From: Chiloscyllium plagiosum | Taxonomy: Eukaryota | Assembly: GCF_004010195.1 (NCBI RefSeq) | Contig: NC_057714.1 | Span: forward strand, 15,676,738-15,740,737 | Length of the DNA: 64,000 bases | Reading direction: 5' to 3' | In this document: piece after piece, positions 50,571 to 61,809 of the stretch | Layout of the letters: every line of letters starts with the position of its first letter | How positions within the stretch are numbered: position 1 is the first letter of the stretch | Program-made: the position numbers and the translations under genes | Notes under the pieces: generated by a model | Databases searched by the model: none | What the model saw: the letters and a program-made list of their open reading frames with translations, nothing else | What the model was told of the DNA's origin: nothing

Positions 50571-51802
50571 TTGCATCTTAACAATCTACAGACGCAGAAA
50601 ATAGCTGAGTCTTACTGCTCTAAAAACACTGCTCCAAGCTTACTTAGTATCTATTTTTTATATTTTCAAAGTTTAATCACAACAGATCCCAATAAAAACA
50701 CATAATCAAAAATGAACCCACCCTACTCACTATTCTTGAATTACAAAAAATCCTATAAGGTTACAATTTAAAAACTAGCCACTTATCTGTTCCTGTGGTG
50801 TGAGCTCTCCCATACAGGTTTCTCCAAACTCAGCTGTGAATTTTATTGTCTGCTTAGTTTTCATAGACAAACCCCAATGTCCAGAGATACTTGAAACCTA
50901 ACAACAGAGGCAGTCAGCAGTGCAGATTCACTGCTGGGTCAGACAGCTGTGCAGGTTTATTTCTCTATCTATTTCACTTCCTCCATGGTATCTGCTCCCT
51001 CTCCTTTCCTCCTATTTAAAGTACCATTGTCTTGATCTTTTTTATTCCCCAAAGCTCCAAAACAATGCAACAGCTTATAGAACAGTAATTACTGCTCATA
51101 GAATTCAAGGAAATCAGCTCCAACACTGAAAATACCTCAAAAAAAAGGAGCAGCTCTTACACACACAAATTCTACCCATCCTCCATAATAACTTCCCAGA
51201 ATTACTCAGAATCCTTGTATAAGAGAATAAAATTCAGAAATGATATAATAGCCTCTGTAGATGAATTTGTTTATCCCACATAATCATAGCCCAGTTAAAT
51301 GTTTTAGACAACAGTAAAAACTACTACTGTAATGACCAGCAATACTAAGTAAGCCCTTTGCCTCCACCATATGACAAACTCTTGGTTACCTGCTGTAATA
51401 CACAATACTGTGCACACCACTTCACCATCAAAATATTATTTTTCACAGTTAGGGTTACAGTGAAATTCTAGCTTTCTCAGAAAGTTATCCCAGCTAAAAC
51501 TGAGTTTAACATTACATAACACCGAGATTGAAAGGAGGAATTTTACCAATCAAGAACGGGTGCTGTGGTATTACTTTTGGTTCCCCATGATGTATGCTTG
51601 GCTGCTAAAGTTGGTGTGACCATTAGACTCCAATGAAGATATAATTCAATAAGACAGTTGGATGTGAATGAGGAACCTTTATAAGAATTTAAATTCATAC
51701 TTCATTCCTTCATACTTAACAACTTGAAGTTCAAATTACTGACTAGTGAAAAAAAAGTGAGTTGAAGACGTCAAGGTGTCAATTTATTTCAGATGCCTGA
51801 CA

Positions 51803-52038
51803 TTAGATTAGATTCCCTACAGTGTGGAACAGGCCCTTCGGCCCAACCATTCCACTCCGACCCTTCCGAAGAGTAACCTACCCAGACCCATTTCTCTCTG
51901 ATTAATGGGCAATTTAGCATGGCCAATCCACCTAACCTACACATCTTTGGACTGTGGGAGGAAAATGGAGCACCCAGAGGAAACCCATGCAGACACAGGA
52001 AGAATGTGCAAACTCCACACAGACAGTCACCCGAGGCT
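51803..52038 (-). mobile_element. HE1-like V-SINE, head-truncated (left half of a head-to-head pair)
   Basis: ttagattagattccctac tail; V-domain; ends at cacccgaggct. Confidence 0.88.
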
Positions 52039-52039
52039 A

Positions 52040-52358
52040 GCAGCATGGTGGCTCAGTGGTTAGCACTGCTGCTGCCTCACAGCACCAGGGACCCAGGTTC
52101 AATTCCAGCCTTGGGCGACTGTCTGTGTGAAGTTTGCACATTCTCCCCGCGTCTGCATGGGTTTCCTCTGGGTGCTCCTCTGGATGTTTCCTCCCACAGT
52201 CCAAAGATGTGCAGGTTAGGTGAATTAGCCATTCTGAATTGCCCACAGTGTTACAGCATTAGTCAAAGGGAAATGGGTCTGGGTGGGTTACTCTTTGGAG
52301 GGTCGGTGTGGACTTGTTGGGCCGAAGGGCCTGTTACCACATTGTAGGGAATCTAATC
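52040..52358 (+). mobile_element. HE1-like V-SINE (right half of the pair)
   Basis: tggctcagtggttagc box A, ggttcaattcc box B, gtagggaatctaat tail. Confidence 0.9.
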
Positions 52359-53864
52359 GACATTATAAATGCTCAGTTCTTACACCTACTTTGAAAATTC
52401 TCTGCAAATGCGTGTCAGAGAGTACTAATCACCTTACAGGTATTTCAATATATTGGAGCAGACTTCAGAAGACACATTGGATATTTTGGTTTTCCTCTTC
52501 CAATGTGCTATCACCATCCATGAAAATGATGGTATGCTTGAGGTATGTCAGCAAGAGAGAAGTGTACAGGAGAGGATTTAAGGTTATAAGAGGCACCACC
52601 CAAAAAAAAAACAGAATGTTGAAACAGACGCTCCGTTTCCTCGACTTCTTAGAAAAGAAAATCTGTAGTTTACCATGTCAGAAGTTAGCAGGTACCTGCA
52701 AACTGTTAGAAGACCTACTGTTTGTTCAAGCTGACAACTACTAACAAAGCATGGCTATTAGCGTGAGCACCAGTCTCAGCTTTCTAACCTCTGCTTCTTT
52801 CCAGGGCATTACCAGAGATAAATCAAGTCTTAAATGCAGAAGGCAGATGATGGACAGATTATTTGGCAAGGCTGGGTGTTATGTAAACTTCCTCAGTGCT
52901 GACAGAAGATATAATAAGTGGCACTTACATTCACTTCTCTCACTAGCTTCTTACAGTTAGAGAGGATGTCAGTGACTGCATACATCTGGCAATCTCGGAG
53001 GTGTCATAAGTCACAAGGAAAATTATTCTATCAATATATGGTTGGTGACAACCACAGCAAGAAGTGCAAATCATACAAATGTGCACCATATTCTTTGGGA
53101 GCTTGAATTATGTTTTCAAACTTCAGTAAGCCATTATTCCAGATCTTTTATCTTCAAGGAAACAGGTCTAAAATCTAACACATCGCAGATTTGTGGCACT
53201 ATCTTCAAACTTGTTCATGACACCAGAGAGGGACCCCATTAATGATGTACAAAAACAATATGAGCTAATATGACTACCAAGTGTATGATCAAGTCAGCTG
53301 TTGGAATGTTAGTGCCTTGACAGGTTTGGAGGAGTCTTTCAATATTTGTCAATGAAAATACCCAAACTAATGATGGCAAATTGTATTCTGCATAACACGG
53401 CCCAGCAGAGAGTGTTATGGATGGAGGAGGCAAAGGAAGCTTATGACTGACCTGTACATGAGGACTAAACCAAAGGAGAAGGTGGCGTTTGAGGATAAAT
53501 AGGACAATCTGGAATCTGTCACCTGACTAACAGTCTGCATTTCTGCCCAGGATGGTAGAAGTACCAAATTGGTTTAAAGGTTCAGCTCACATGAGGTGAC
53601 TCAAACAAATAACAATAACAAAGAAAATTCTACAGCCTGCCCTCACCATCACCAGCAAAACCCACTGCACTACAAACAGGCCTTCAGCCACACATCTACC
53701 TCATTGCAGATTCTTACAACTGGTTCACCACTTATTCTCAGTCACCATGACACAAGTGAAAGCTTAAGTTGACAATCCGAACAGAACATTTAAGTAATAA
53801 AGTGAGACAGGTGAATGGATCTTATGTGCAAGCCATCAGCAAAGGAAATTTTTCAACAGAACAT

Positions 53865-54163
53865 TTAGATTAGATTACTTACAGTGTGGAAACAGGCCCT
53901 TCAGCCAAACAAGCCCACACCAACGTTCCACCCAGACCCATTCCCCTACATTTACCCCTTCACCTAACACTACAGGCAATTTAGCATGGCCAATTCACCT
54001 AACCCGCACATTTTTGGACTGTGGGAGGAAACCGGAGCACCCGGCGGAAACACATGCAGACATGAGGAGGATGTGCAAACTCCACACAGGCAGTTGCCGG
54101 AGGTGGGAATTGAACCCAGGCCTCTGGCGCTGTGAGGTAGCAGTGCTAACTGCTGTGCCACCC
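53865..54163 (-). mobile_element. HE1-like V-SINE
   Basis: Same family as 14023-14340. Confidence 0.9.
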
Positions 54164-54919
54164 TTCAGATAATAATCATGTATTACAATCACTTAGTCTT
54201 ATACCTCCCAGCACCATTACATGGTGCAACTCAGGGCTTCTGCAGATATACAGAAATACTGTTCAGATTCCTATTCTGTTTACTGAGTTTCTATTTAGAG
54301 AGACTATTTACTATTCCTCTAGAGTTCAGAGCCCTTATAGGCCCTAAAAGATGATTGACTCACATCTTTGTAGGGGAAGTGAAAACATGGGATCTGAGGC
54401 AGCATTTCAGCTACTGAATAAATGAGGTACAATGGAGTGTTACCGGAGTGGAACTCCCTTTCCTGTGTTCCCTTTCACCATCATCCTTTTACTGGGCCTA
54501 CCATTCCTACTACTTTGCACAGATAACCATGAAGATCAGTGACATGTTGAATTTCATGTATAAACTGTCAGTCATCTTGTTTAAAGCAGCAGACATGTTG
54601 CATCCAAGGTTGGCATGGAAGTGGTCATGGACTACACAGGCTCATTTTGAGCAGGTTCCTTGAGCCTTTCTGAACATAAGCTCTCTTTTCATCACAAACA
54701 TTCTTATTATTATCTAAAGCACTCCATGATTATGGAGAGTGTGTGTTGCTATGTTGTCACTATGTCTCTGACATATTCCCTGTTAACGGTAGCCCTTGAA
54801 ATTCAATATGGTGTCCAATTTATTGGATCTTGGAAATGATTGCAACCCCTGTCATATAGACTGTCCATCACTCTCCCTGCCATTAATGAGTGTTCATGTT
54901 CACTTCTTTCAGAATGTTG

Positions 54920-55458
54920 TGTGCGGTTCTGGTCTCCCTAATATAGAAAGGATGTTGTGAAACTTGAAAGGGTTCAGAAAAGATTTACAAGGATGTTGCC
55001 AGGGTTGGAAGGTTTGAGCTATAGGGAGAGGCCGAATAGACTGGAGCTACTGTCCCTGGAGCATCGAAGACTGAAAGGTGACCTTATAGAGGTATACATA
55101 ACCATAAGGGGCATGGATCGGGTAGACAGACAAGGTCTTTTCCCAGGAGTGTGTGAGTCCAAATCTAGAGGGCACAGGTTTAAGGTAAGAGGGGAAAAAT
55201 TTAAAAGGGACCTAAGGGGTGACGTTTTTAATGCAGAGGGTGGTGTATATATGGAATGAGCCCCCAGAGGAAGTGGTACAGGCTGGTACAATTACAACAT
55301 TTAAAAAAACATCTGGATGGGTATATGAATAGGAAGGATTTAGAGGAATATGGGTCAAATGTTGGAAAATGGGACTAGATTAGTTTAGGACATCTCTTTG
55401 GAATGGATGAGTTGGATCAAAGAGTCTGTTTCCATGCCGTACATTTCTATGATTCTAT
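54920..55458 (+). mobile_element. CR1 3' end
   Basis: ORF 54957..55259 (LERVQKRFTRML, RRLKGDLIEVY); tail ttctatgattctat. Confidence 0.9.
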
Positions 55459-56699
55459 TTGATTAACACTCACCAAGTGATGGACTGGCAAACTCTCTAA
55501 ATGGAGTCCATCCAATATGATCATCTATGCTGGTACACTCCATTAGGTCCTGTAATGGTGAACCCTCAAAGAATTAAGTCTTCTGTGGAATCATTCTCAA
55601 AGATGTTGATGCACAACTTGTATGCCTGACAGATGACTCTGGAAGACAAAAAGTGTATGAATTAGATTTGCAAAATGACAAAATATTTAAAATTTGAAGA
55701 CGGCCAGTTATCTTTGCTGCAGCAGTTGCTATGAGCTGTCACTTCTGAACTGATAAGTCAGAGACGTTCTCACAGTGTATCAGTATCGCTGTACTTCTGA
55801 CAAACCAGTTGAAGCACCCAGAGAAAAATATCTGAAGAACAAGTCTGGCCAGCCAAAGAAAGATATCGCAATATCAAAACCAGGAAGTTAAGATCACTGA
55901 ATTGACTTTCCAGTTTTATCATCCTCCACCAATAATTTATTTTTCCTGTTTGTCTGAGTGTAAGGAGGTATAATAAGGGTATTAGAGGTTTAGTTGCAGC
56001 AATGTATTTCAATGACGTACTTGTTTGCCTTTAGCAATATTCTAATTACTTATAATAAATAATAATTCTTATTCAGTGCAGAAGCCTAGTCTGTGCTTTC
56101 TATCAACCTTGGTCTGAAAGTCAGGTAAATTGAGATATAGTGCATACTTTAAAAACCTTTAATGTTTGGTACAACTTCAGAAATAGTGAGGCTCGATTTA
56201 TAGTGTGCCATCCCAGTGGGTCATAACAGAACAAAGTTATGTGTGTGTCAGAGATACATTTACTTCTGTCCCCAGATTTATGAAACTTTACAGTTTCTCT
56301 GAGGCCAATGGAAATGCAACACCTTTCTCCTGTACATCTGTGAGCTATACCACTTGAGACGGGCCACCTCCCATCACACACTCTTGTATTTTCCCCTTTC
56401 TCTTTCAGATCTCTCTCCCCCCATGACTCCTCATAGAATGACCAAGTGAGTATTTGCATTGTCTTCACAGTTCAAGAGGCGGCTAAAGGAAAGAGGTGGA
56501 ATTAATAATGTTTGATCAGATAAACATAAAGATGAGCTCTTTAAAAGACTGGTGGTCCTCAAACTGGAATGTTAACTGATCTTACCTTGTTGAAGAAAGC
56601 AAGTGTGAAGATTGTAAATGTTTGCAACAATCACAATTCCTCTTGGGTGTAAGGGTGATGTTTAAGACTGCATAATTGTAATTTTATGTTCTTGTTTTA

Positions 56700-57800
56700 A
56701 AGGAGAGAGATAAGCCTGTCAACTCTATGTCAGACAGTTAAGTAAGTGGCTTTAGCGATGATAATCCAATGGGCATAATGAATTGGCAACTGAAAAATTT
56801 GAGATAATGATTGGAAATCAATCTGGACTTGTTAAAGACAAATTAGGTTTCATAATTTGTGTTATTTGATCAAGTAACAATTTAGGTTGATGAGGATAAT
56901 GTGGTTGATATTATGTGCATGAACTTCCAAAAGACATTTCATATACCATATACCACATCATGAACATAGAATCATAGAATCCCTACACTGTGGACACAGA
57001 CCATTTGGCCCAAGAAATCCACACCGACCTGCCAAAGAGTATCTCACCCAGACCCATTCCCCTGACTAATGCACCTAGTCTACACATGTCTGAAACACTA
57101 TGGGCAATTTAGCATGGCCAATTCTTTGGATTGTGGGACAAAACTGGAACACCTGGAGGAAACCCACACAGACACAGGGAGAATGTGCAAACTCTACACA
57201 GACAGTTACCCAAGGCTGGAATCAAACCCAGGTCCCTGGCACTGTGAGCCAACAGTGCTAACCATTGAGCCACTGTGCCACTCCCTTATATTAGAATAAT
57301 ATGGTTTCAATAGTAGATGATTTAATTTACCAAACATTGACTAGGAATGTCATAGTGTTAAGGGTATGGAAGAATTTATTAAATGAGTTCAACAAAGTTT
57401 TCTTTTATCAATTTGTACATGTTCCTTCTATAGGAGGAAAGAAACATGACCTTCTTTTGAGTAATAAGACAGGTCAAGTGACTGAAGTGATAATAGGGGA
57501 ACACTTTTAGGTCTAGTAATCAAAGATCTATTTGTTTTAGAATAGTCAAGGAAAATGATAAGCCTTTCATAAAAATTTACGTTTTTAATTGGAGTAAAGC
57601 AAATTTTAATGGTATGAGACAAGAACTTTCAAATGTTGGTTGGAATAGACTGTTGGCAGGGAAGAGACATCTGATAAGTGAGAGGCTTTCAGATATCTTA
57701 TTGAAGTCCAAGTGATTAAAGAGGCAATGGTAGAATGAATTCAATGTTTATCGAAAGGAGAATGTGGTGATGAATGTTTGTTGACAGACTGGAGGCAAGT
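56700..57800 (+). mobile_element. Decayed CR1 fragments (with an HE1 SINE inside)
   Basis: tgcatgaacttccaaaagacatt (.MNFQK.F), gaccttcttttgagtaataagacaggtcaagtg, ggggaacactttt. Confidence 0.65.
56962..57280 (-). mobile_element. HE1-like V-SINE
   Basis: catagaatcatagaatccctac tail, V-domain, head at ~57280. Confidence 0.85.
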
Positions 57801-58059
57801 GTAATTTAGTTCTTTTTTAATTCACTTGTGGGAATTGGACATCTTTGGCTGGCCAGAATTTTATTGCTCATCCCTAGTTGCCCTTGAGACGGTGGTGGTG
57901 GTGAATTTCTTGAACTGCTGCAGCCCACATGCTGCAGGTTGACCACAATATCCTTTGGGAGGAAATTTCAGCATTTCAACCCAGAAAGAGTGAAGGAAGA
58001 ACAATATATTTCCATGTCAAGATAATGAGTGGCTTAGAAAAGAGCTTGAAGGTTAGAAT

Positions 58060-58178
58060 ACAGTGGTAGTTTCATTTTCATGTGTAAATCACAAAACATT
58101 TTTTTTAAAGTTAACCCGAGAATGCAACTCTAAAAAAAATGTTTTGTGATTTACACATGAAAGTGAAACTATCACTGT
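58060..58178. repeat. Fold-back inverted repeat (~48 bp arms)
   Basis: acagtggtagtttcattttcatgtgtaaatcacaaaacatttttttta / taaaaaaaatgttttgtgatttacacatgaaagtgaaactatcactgt. Confidence 0.85.
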
Positions 58179-58224
58179 TCCCATGTATCTGCTGCCCTTG
58201 TCCTTCTAGGTCAAGATGATCATG

Positions 58225-58373
58225 ATTCGGAGATGCCGGTGTTGGACTGGGGTGTACAAAGTTAAAAATCACACAACACCAGGTTATAGTCCAACAGGTT
58301 TAATTGGAAGCACACTAGCTTTCGGATTCCAATTAAACCTGTTGGACTATAACCTGGTGTTGTGTGATTTTTA
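58225..58373. mobile_element. PLE family B fold-back mini-element with 12 bp TSD
   Basis: Perfect 48 bp arms 58262-58309 / 58327-58374; TSD aagatgatcatg at 58213-58224 and 58374-58385. Confidence 0.88.
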
Positions 58374-59389
58374 AAGATGATCATGGGTTTGGAAGGTACT
58401 GTCTCAGGGTCTTAGGTGAATTTCTGCATTGCATCTTGTGGATAGTACACACTGCTATTACTGAGTGTCGTTGCTGGAGGGAGTGGATGCTTGTGGATCT
58501 GATGCCAATCAAATGGCTGCTTTGTCCTGGATGATGTCAAGCTTCTTGAGTGTTGTTGGAGCTGCATCCAGGCAAGTGGGGAGTATTCCATCAGACTCCT
58601 GACTTGTGCCTTGTAGATAGTTGATAGGCTTGGGGGACTTAGGAAGTGAGTTTAGTCAGATTGGTTTAGGGTTGTCACCCCTCTTTTAGGCTTATTTTAA
58701 TAAGCTGGTCTTGGGAAAACAGCATAATTTCAAAGATTACAGATGATATAAATGTCAGAATGTCGTGAAAATCATTACAGTCTTCAGGAGGCCATAGACA
58801 TTCAGGCCTTAGGCTTTAGCTGTAGTATCATATTCAATAGTGGGAATGGAGTATTGTTGTCAATGCAATCAATAGAGCACTGCCAATAAAATGGCCACAT
58901 GATCCATAGCATATATGTAGATGCAGTTGCAATGCAATCCTGTTATGCAGATATCTCAGCTGGCAGTCAAAAACTGAAAACATTATTCACTAAAGTATAG
59001 GGATGCAAATATATCTGTCAGTCCAAGATGTTAATTAAAAAAAAAACTTTTCCTTCCTCGTTCTTTCTTTCGCGCATAACTTGTAGTAACATGAAATCTT
59101 GTGCTGTCAGAGCAAGCTCGTAACTGTTGCTGGCAAACATTGTAAAGTGCTTCCTTACACATTGAGCACAATGATTAAAGATTTACTGCAAAGGTAGTTT
59201 TGTCTCTATACTTCCCATTTTCAGAGACGTTCAGTTTAGTTCCTAAACTTTCCATTTTTAGACATGATTCTGCACGTGCACGTTCTTTGCTCCACCAAGT
59301 GGTGACATTGCCCATAAGCACAGACCTCTGGGAATCAAGGATGACAAGTTCTTAAGGGTGTCAATGGGCATATATTAGAAACAAATAAC

Positions 59390-59765
59390 AAGAAGGGATT
59401 CTGAGTACTTCAGTAATGTGGAGAGATGGGAGAAGCTGATTTTTCTCATGAGAACTTTCCATAAAGTTCAAAATCATGAACTATCATGAGTTTTGTGAGA
59501 GTAAGTGGGGAAAAAAGAATAATTCCAGTAGCACAAGGATCTTTAACCATATTGGCAGGTTGTCATGAACTGGGATACACTACCTGAACTGATAGTGGAA
59601 GGAGATGAATAGCAGTATTCAAAAGAGAACTTTGCAAATACCTGAAGTGAAAAACTGACAGCGTCATGTGGAAAAGGTATGGGACTGGTATTAGCAGGTT
59701 AATTTTTTCAGTGTTGGCATAGGCCCAATGAATGATCCCACGTGCCTGAATCATTCTATAATCCT
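59390..59765 (+). mobile_element. Decayed CR1 3' end
   Basis: gttcaaaatcatgaa, tattcaaaagagaactt, tail tcattctataatcct. Confidence 0.6.
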
Positions 59766-61194
59766 AAGGTGTAAAAAAAGAACATGGTCATACATGCAGG
59801 TCAGTCCACCCATTTTGCACCTCACTTGGGCTCCCAAGTTCCAAAGTGGCCAGTGCAATTTTGCAGCATAGAAATGTAATTTTCCAGTTAAAAATGATTT
59901 CCAGGATAATAATTGATTTACGTATAAATTACGATCCTGCCTTGATTTCTAGATAAAGTGTCTGCATTTAATTTGGTGCTGTAATGTAACTTGGCTGACT
60001 GCATTGACTGAAATTATTTAACAATACTGTTGATACAATTTTAGCAATGGAGGTTGTGAATAAGTACTGTGATTTTCTTTATTGACACCCAATGACTCGA
60101 TCTTATATAGAAGTAAAGAGTGGAATGGAAAGCAATTCGTTACAGCTGCTACATGAATATTTCCATTCGATTAAAGAATTATGCTAATTAAAGTGTCCCA
60201 CCAACTGTCTTGTTTACTTAAGATGGCGATCAACTGTTAATCAATTTGCTGTAAGAGATTGGTTTTTAAAGATTAATGCTTATGATGGAAGATCCAAAAA
60301 AACACTGAATGCTTCCATGTCTATTGCGATTCATCCGCACAAAGACGACTTAACTTTAAAATAATATCCAAATGTCTCAAATCTTCAAATCTATAAACAT
60401 ATAAAGTTGAGGGCCTTAAAAATTCCAGAAGCCACAAATAATATTATTACAATTAACTATCCTGTTGTGTGACCCAGCATGGGGGTGGACCTCTCTGCCC
60501 TCTGAAAACCCTATTTCAATTAGTCACGGCACTTAACGGGTTTAACACTGAAGTTATTCAATAAAAGTATACAGCTGATGGCTTTTTAAAGTTATAAATT
60601 TTCAATGTTGTCTCATTACTTTATTTCTTAATTCAAAATTATGTGTTCTCCATTGTTTTGGAAGGAATAGTTGGTTTAAGCTATAACATTGACAAAAATA
60701 AAGGAGTACATAAAGGATCAAAGGGAACTTCTAAAACAGTTAATTCCAGACTTGTAATTATCAATTAAACCTGTACTAAGTAAAATACAAAGAAACCAAT
60801 CACACGAGAGCACGCACAGTGCAGCAAGATGCCACGGAGTTCATAAGCAGGACATACGCATTTTATCAATTACTTAACCTTTTAATGTCATCTGCAATTG
60901 AGTGTTTCTGTTATAAAGAGACATATGTATGATGCACAGTATGAAATTTTATTTTGAAAGATACCACATTCTATGATATTAATAGGAGCATGAACTAATC
61001 TCAAAAATAAGCAAATTTAAACAAAGACTATCTGTTAATCTGAACAGCATTTTAAATTAAAATGTGTGACACTTTCTTTGGTGCATTGTTGCTGAAAAAC
61101 AGTACCAATGGCCAGGTTTCATGCTTTTTATAGCTATGATATAACTTTTATTACTTTATAATCTCCCATAAAGGTATAGAGAAACTTGAGTATT

Positions 61195-61375
61195 TCAATT
61201 TTTCAATGTATAATTTCAGTTACATCAGACTGTAAATTTTTGCTATAAATTCTGTGTGTTAGGAGTGAGCCCTCCACTACAACCTGATGAAGGAGCGACG
61301 CTCTGAAAGCTAGTGTGCTTCCAATTAAACCTGTTGGACAATAACCTGGTGTTGTTTGATTTTTGACTTTGTACA
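61195..61375 (+). mobile_element. PLE family B terminal fragment
   Basis: ttccaattaaacctgttggacaataacctggtgttg matches 58327-58362. Confidence 0.8.
61282..61314 (+). ncRNA. Minimal hammerhead ribozyme motif (family B)
   Basis: ac-CUGAUGA-A-GGAGC(GAC)GCUCU-GAAA-G-CUA-gu; palindromic AGCU helix III, CUA triplet. Confidence 0.65.
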
Positions 61376-61809
61376 TTTGATATTCTTGTGAAACGTCCTG
61401 ACCGCAAGACGAAAATCTTCAACAAAATGCATCTTTTATGAGCAATACTTAAGTGTTTACTACAACTGACTATTTGAAAAGTGGGAAAATTTTGTCAATA
61501 GTGTTCCATTTCCAATACGTTGATCAGAAGTATGCACCAATTTTACTCCCTTATGTTTTTTTCTGTTTCTGTTGTGATTATAACTTAAATGTAAAGTGCC
61601 AGCAGCATGTACAGAAGACGTGTGGTGAGGAAGTTCTGTGGTAACATGTGCCATCAGCCTACAAAGTAGCAGGTAATGGCAAGCTAATAAACAGCATCCT
61701 GGTCAAGCATGGCCACAATATTTTCACTAACTCCATCATTATTATTGTAAGACTTGACAGCACAAAGATTTCAGGGTTACTTATTAAAAAGAAAAGTTTT
61801 AAATAGATC

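Larger units (their letters stand above)
46594..51185 (-). mobile_element. Near full-length, internally deleted CR1/HER1-like LINE
   Basis: 3' tail at 46594; RT (SVPQGSVLGPLLF, KLADD; ORFs 47586..47855, 47941..48237); endonuclease (ORF 49108..49332 GEGVAFLIRD); ORF1 and 5' UTR to ~51185. Confidence 0.9.
57815..58650 (-). mobile_element. Older CR1-like 3' region hosting two fold-back inserts
   Basis: tttattgctcatccctagttgcccttgag tail; ttcccatgtatctgctgcccttgtccttctag as at 5895-5925. Confidence 0.7.

Noticed and set aside
52040-52110. tRNA genes at SINE heads (also ~14270-14340, 32700-32760, 62816-62885)
   Set aside because: Box A/B are followed by SINE bodies and tails; these are SINE promoters, not tRNA genes.
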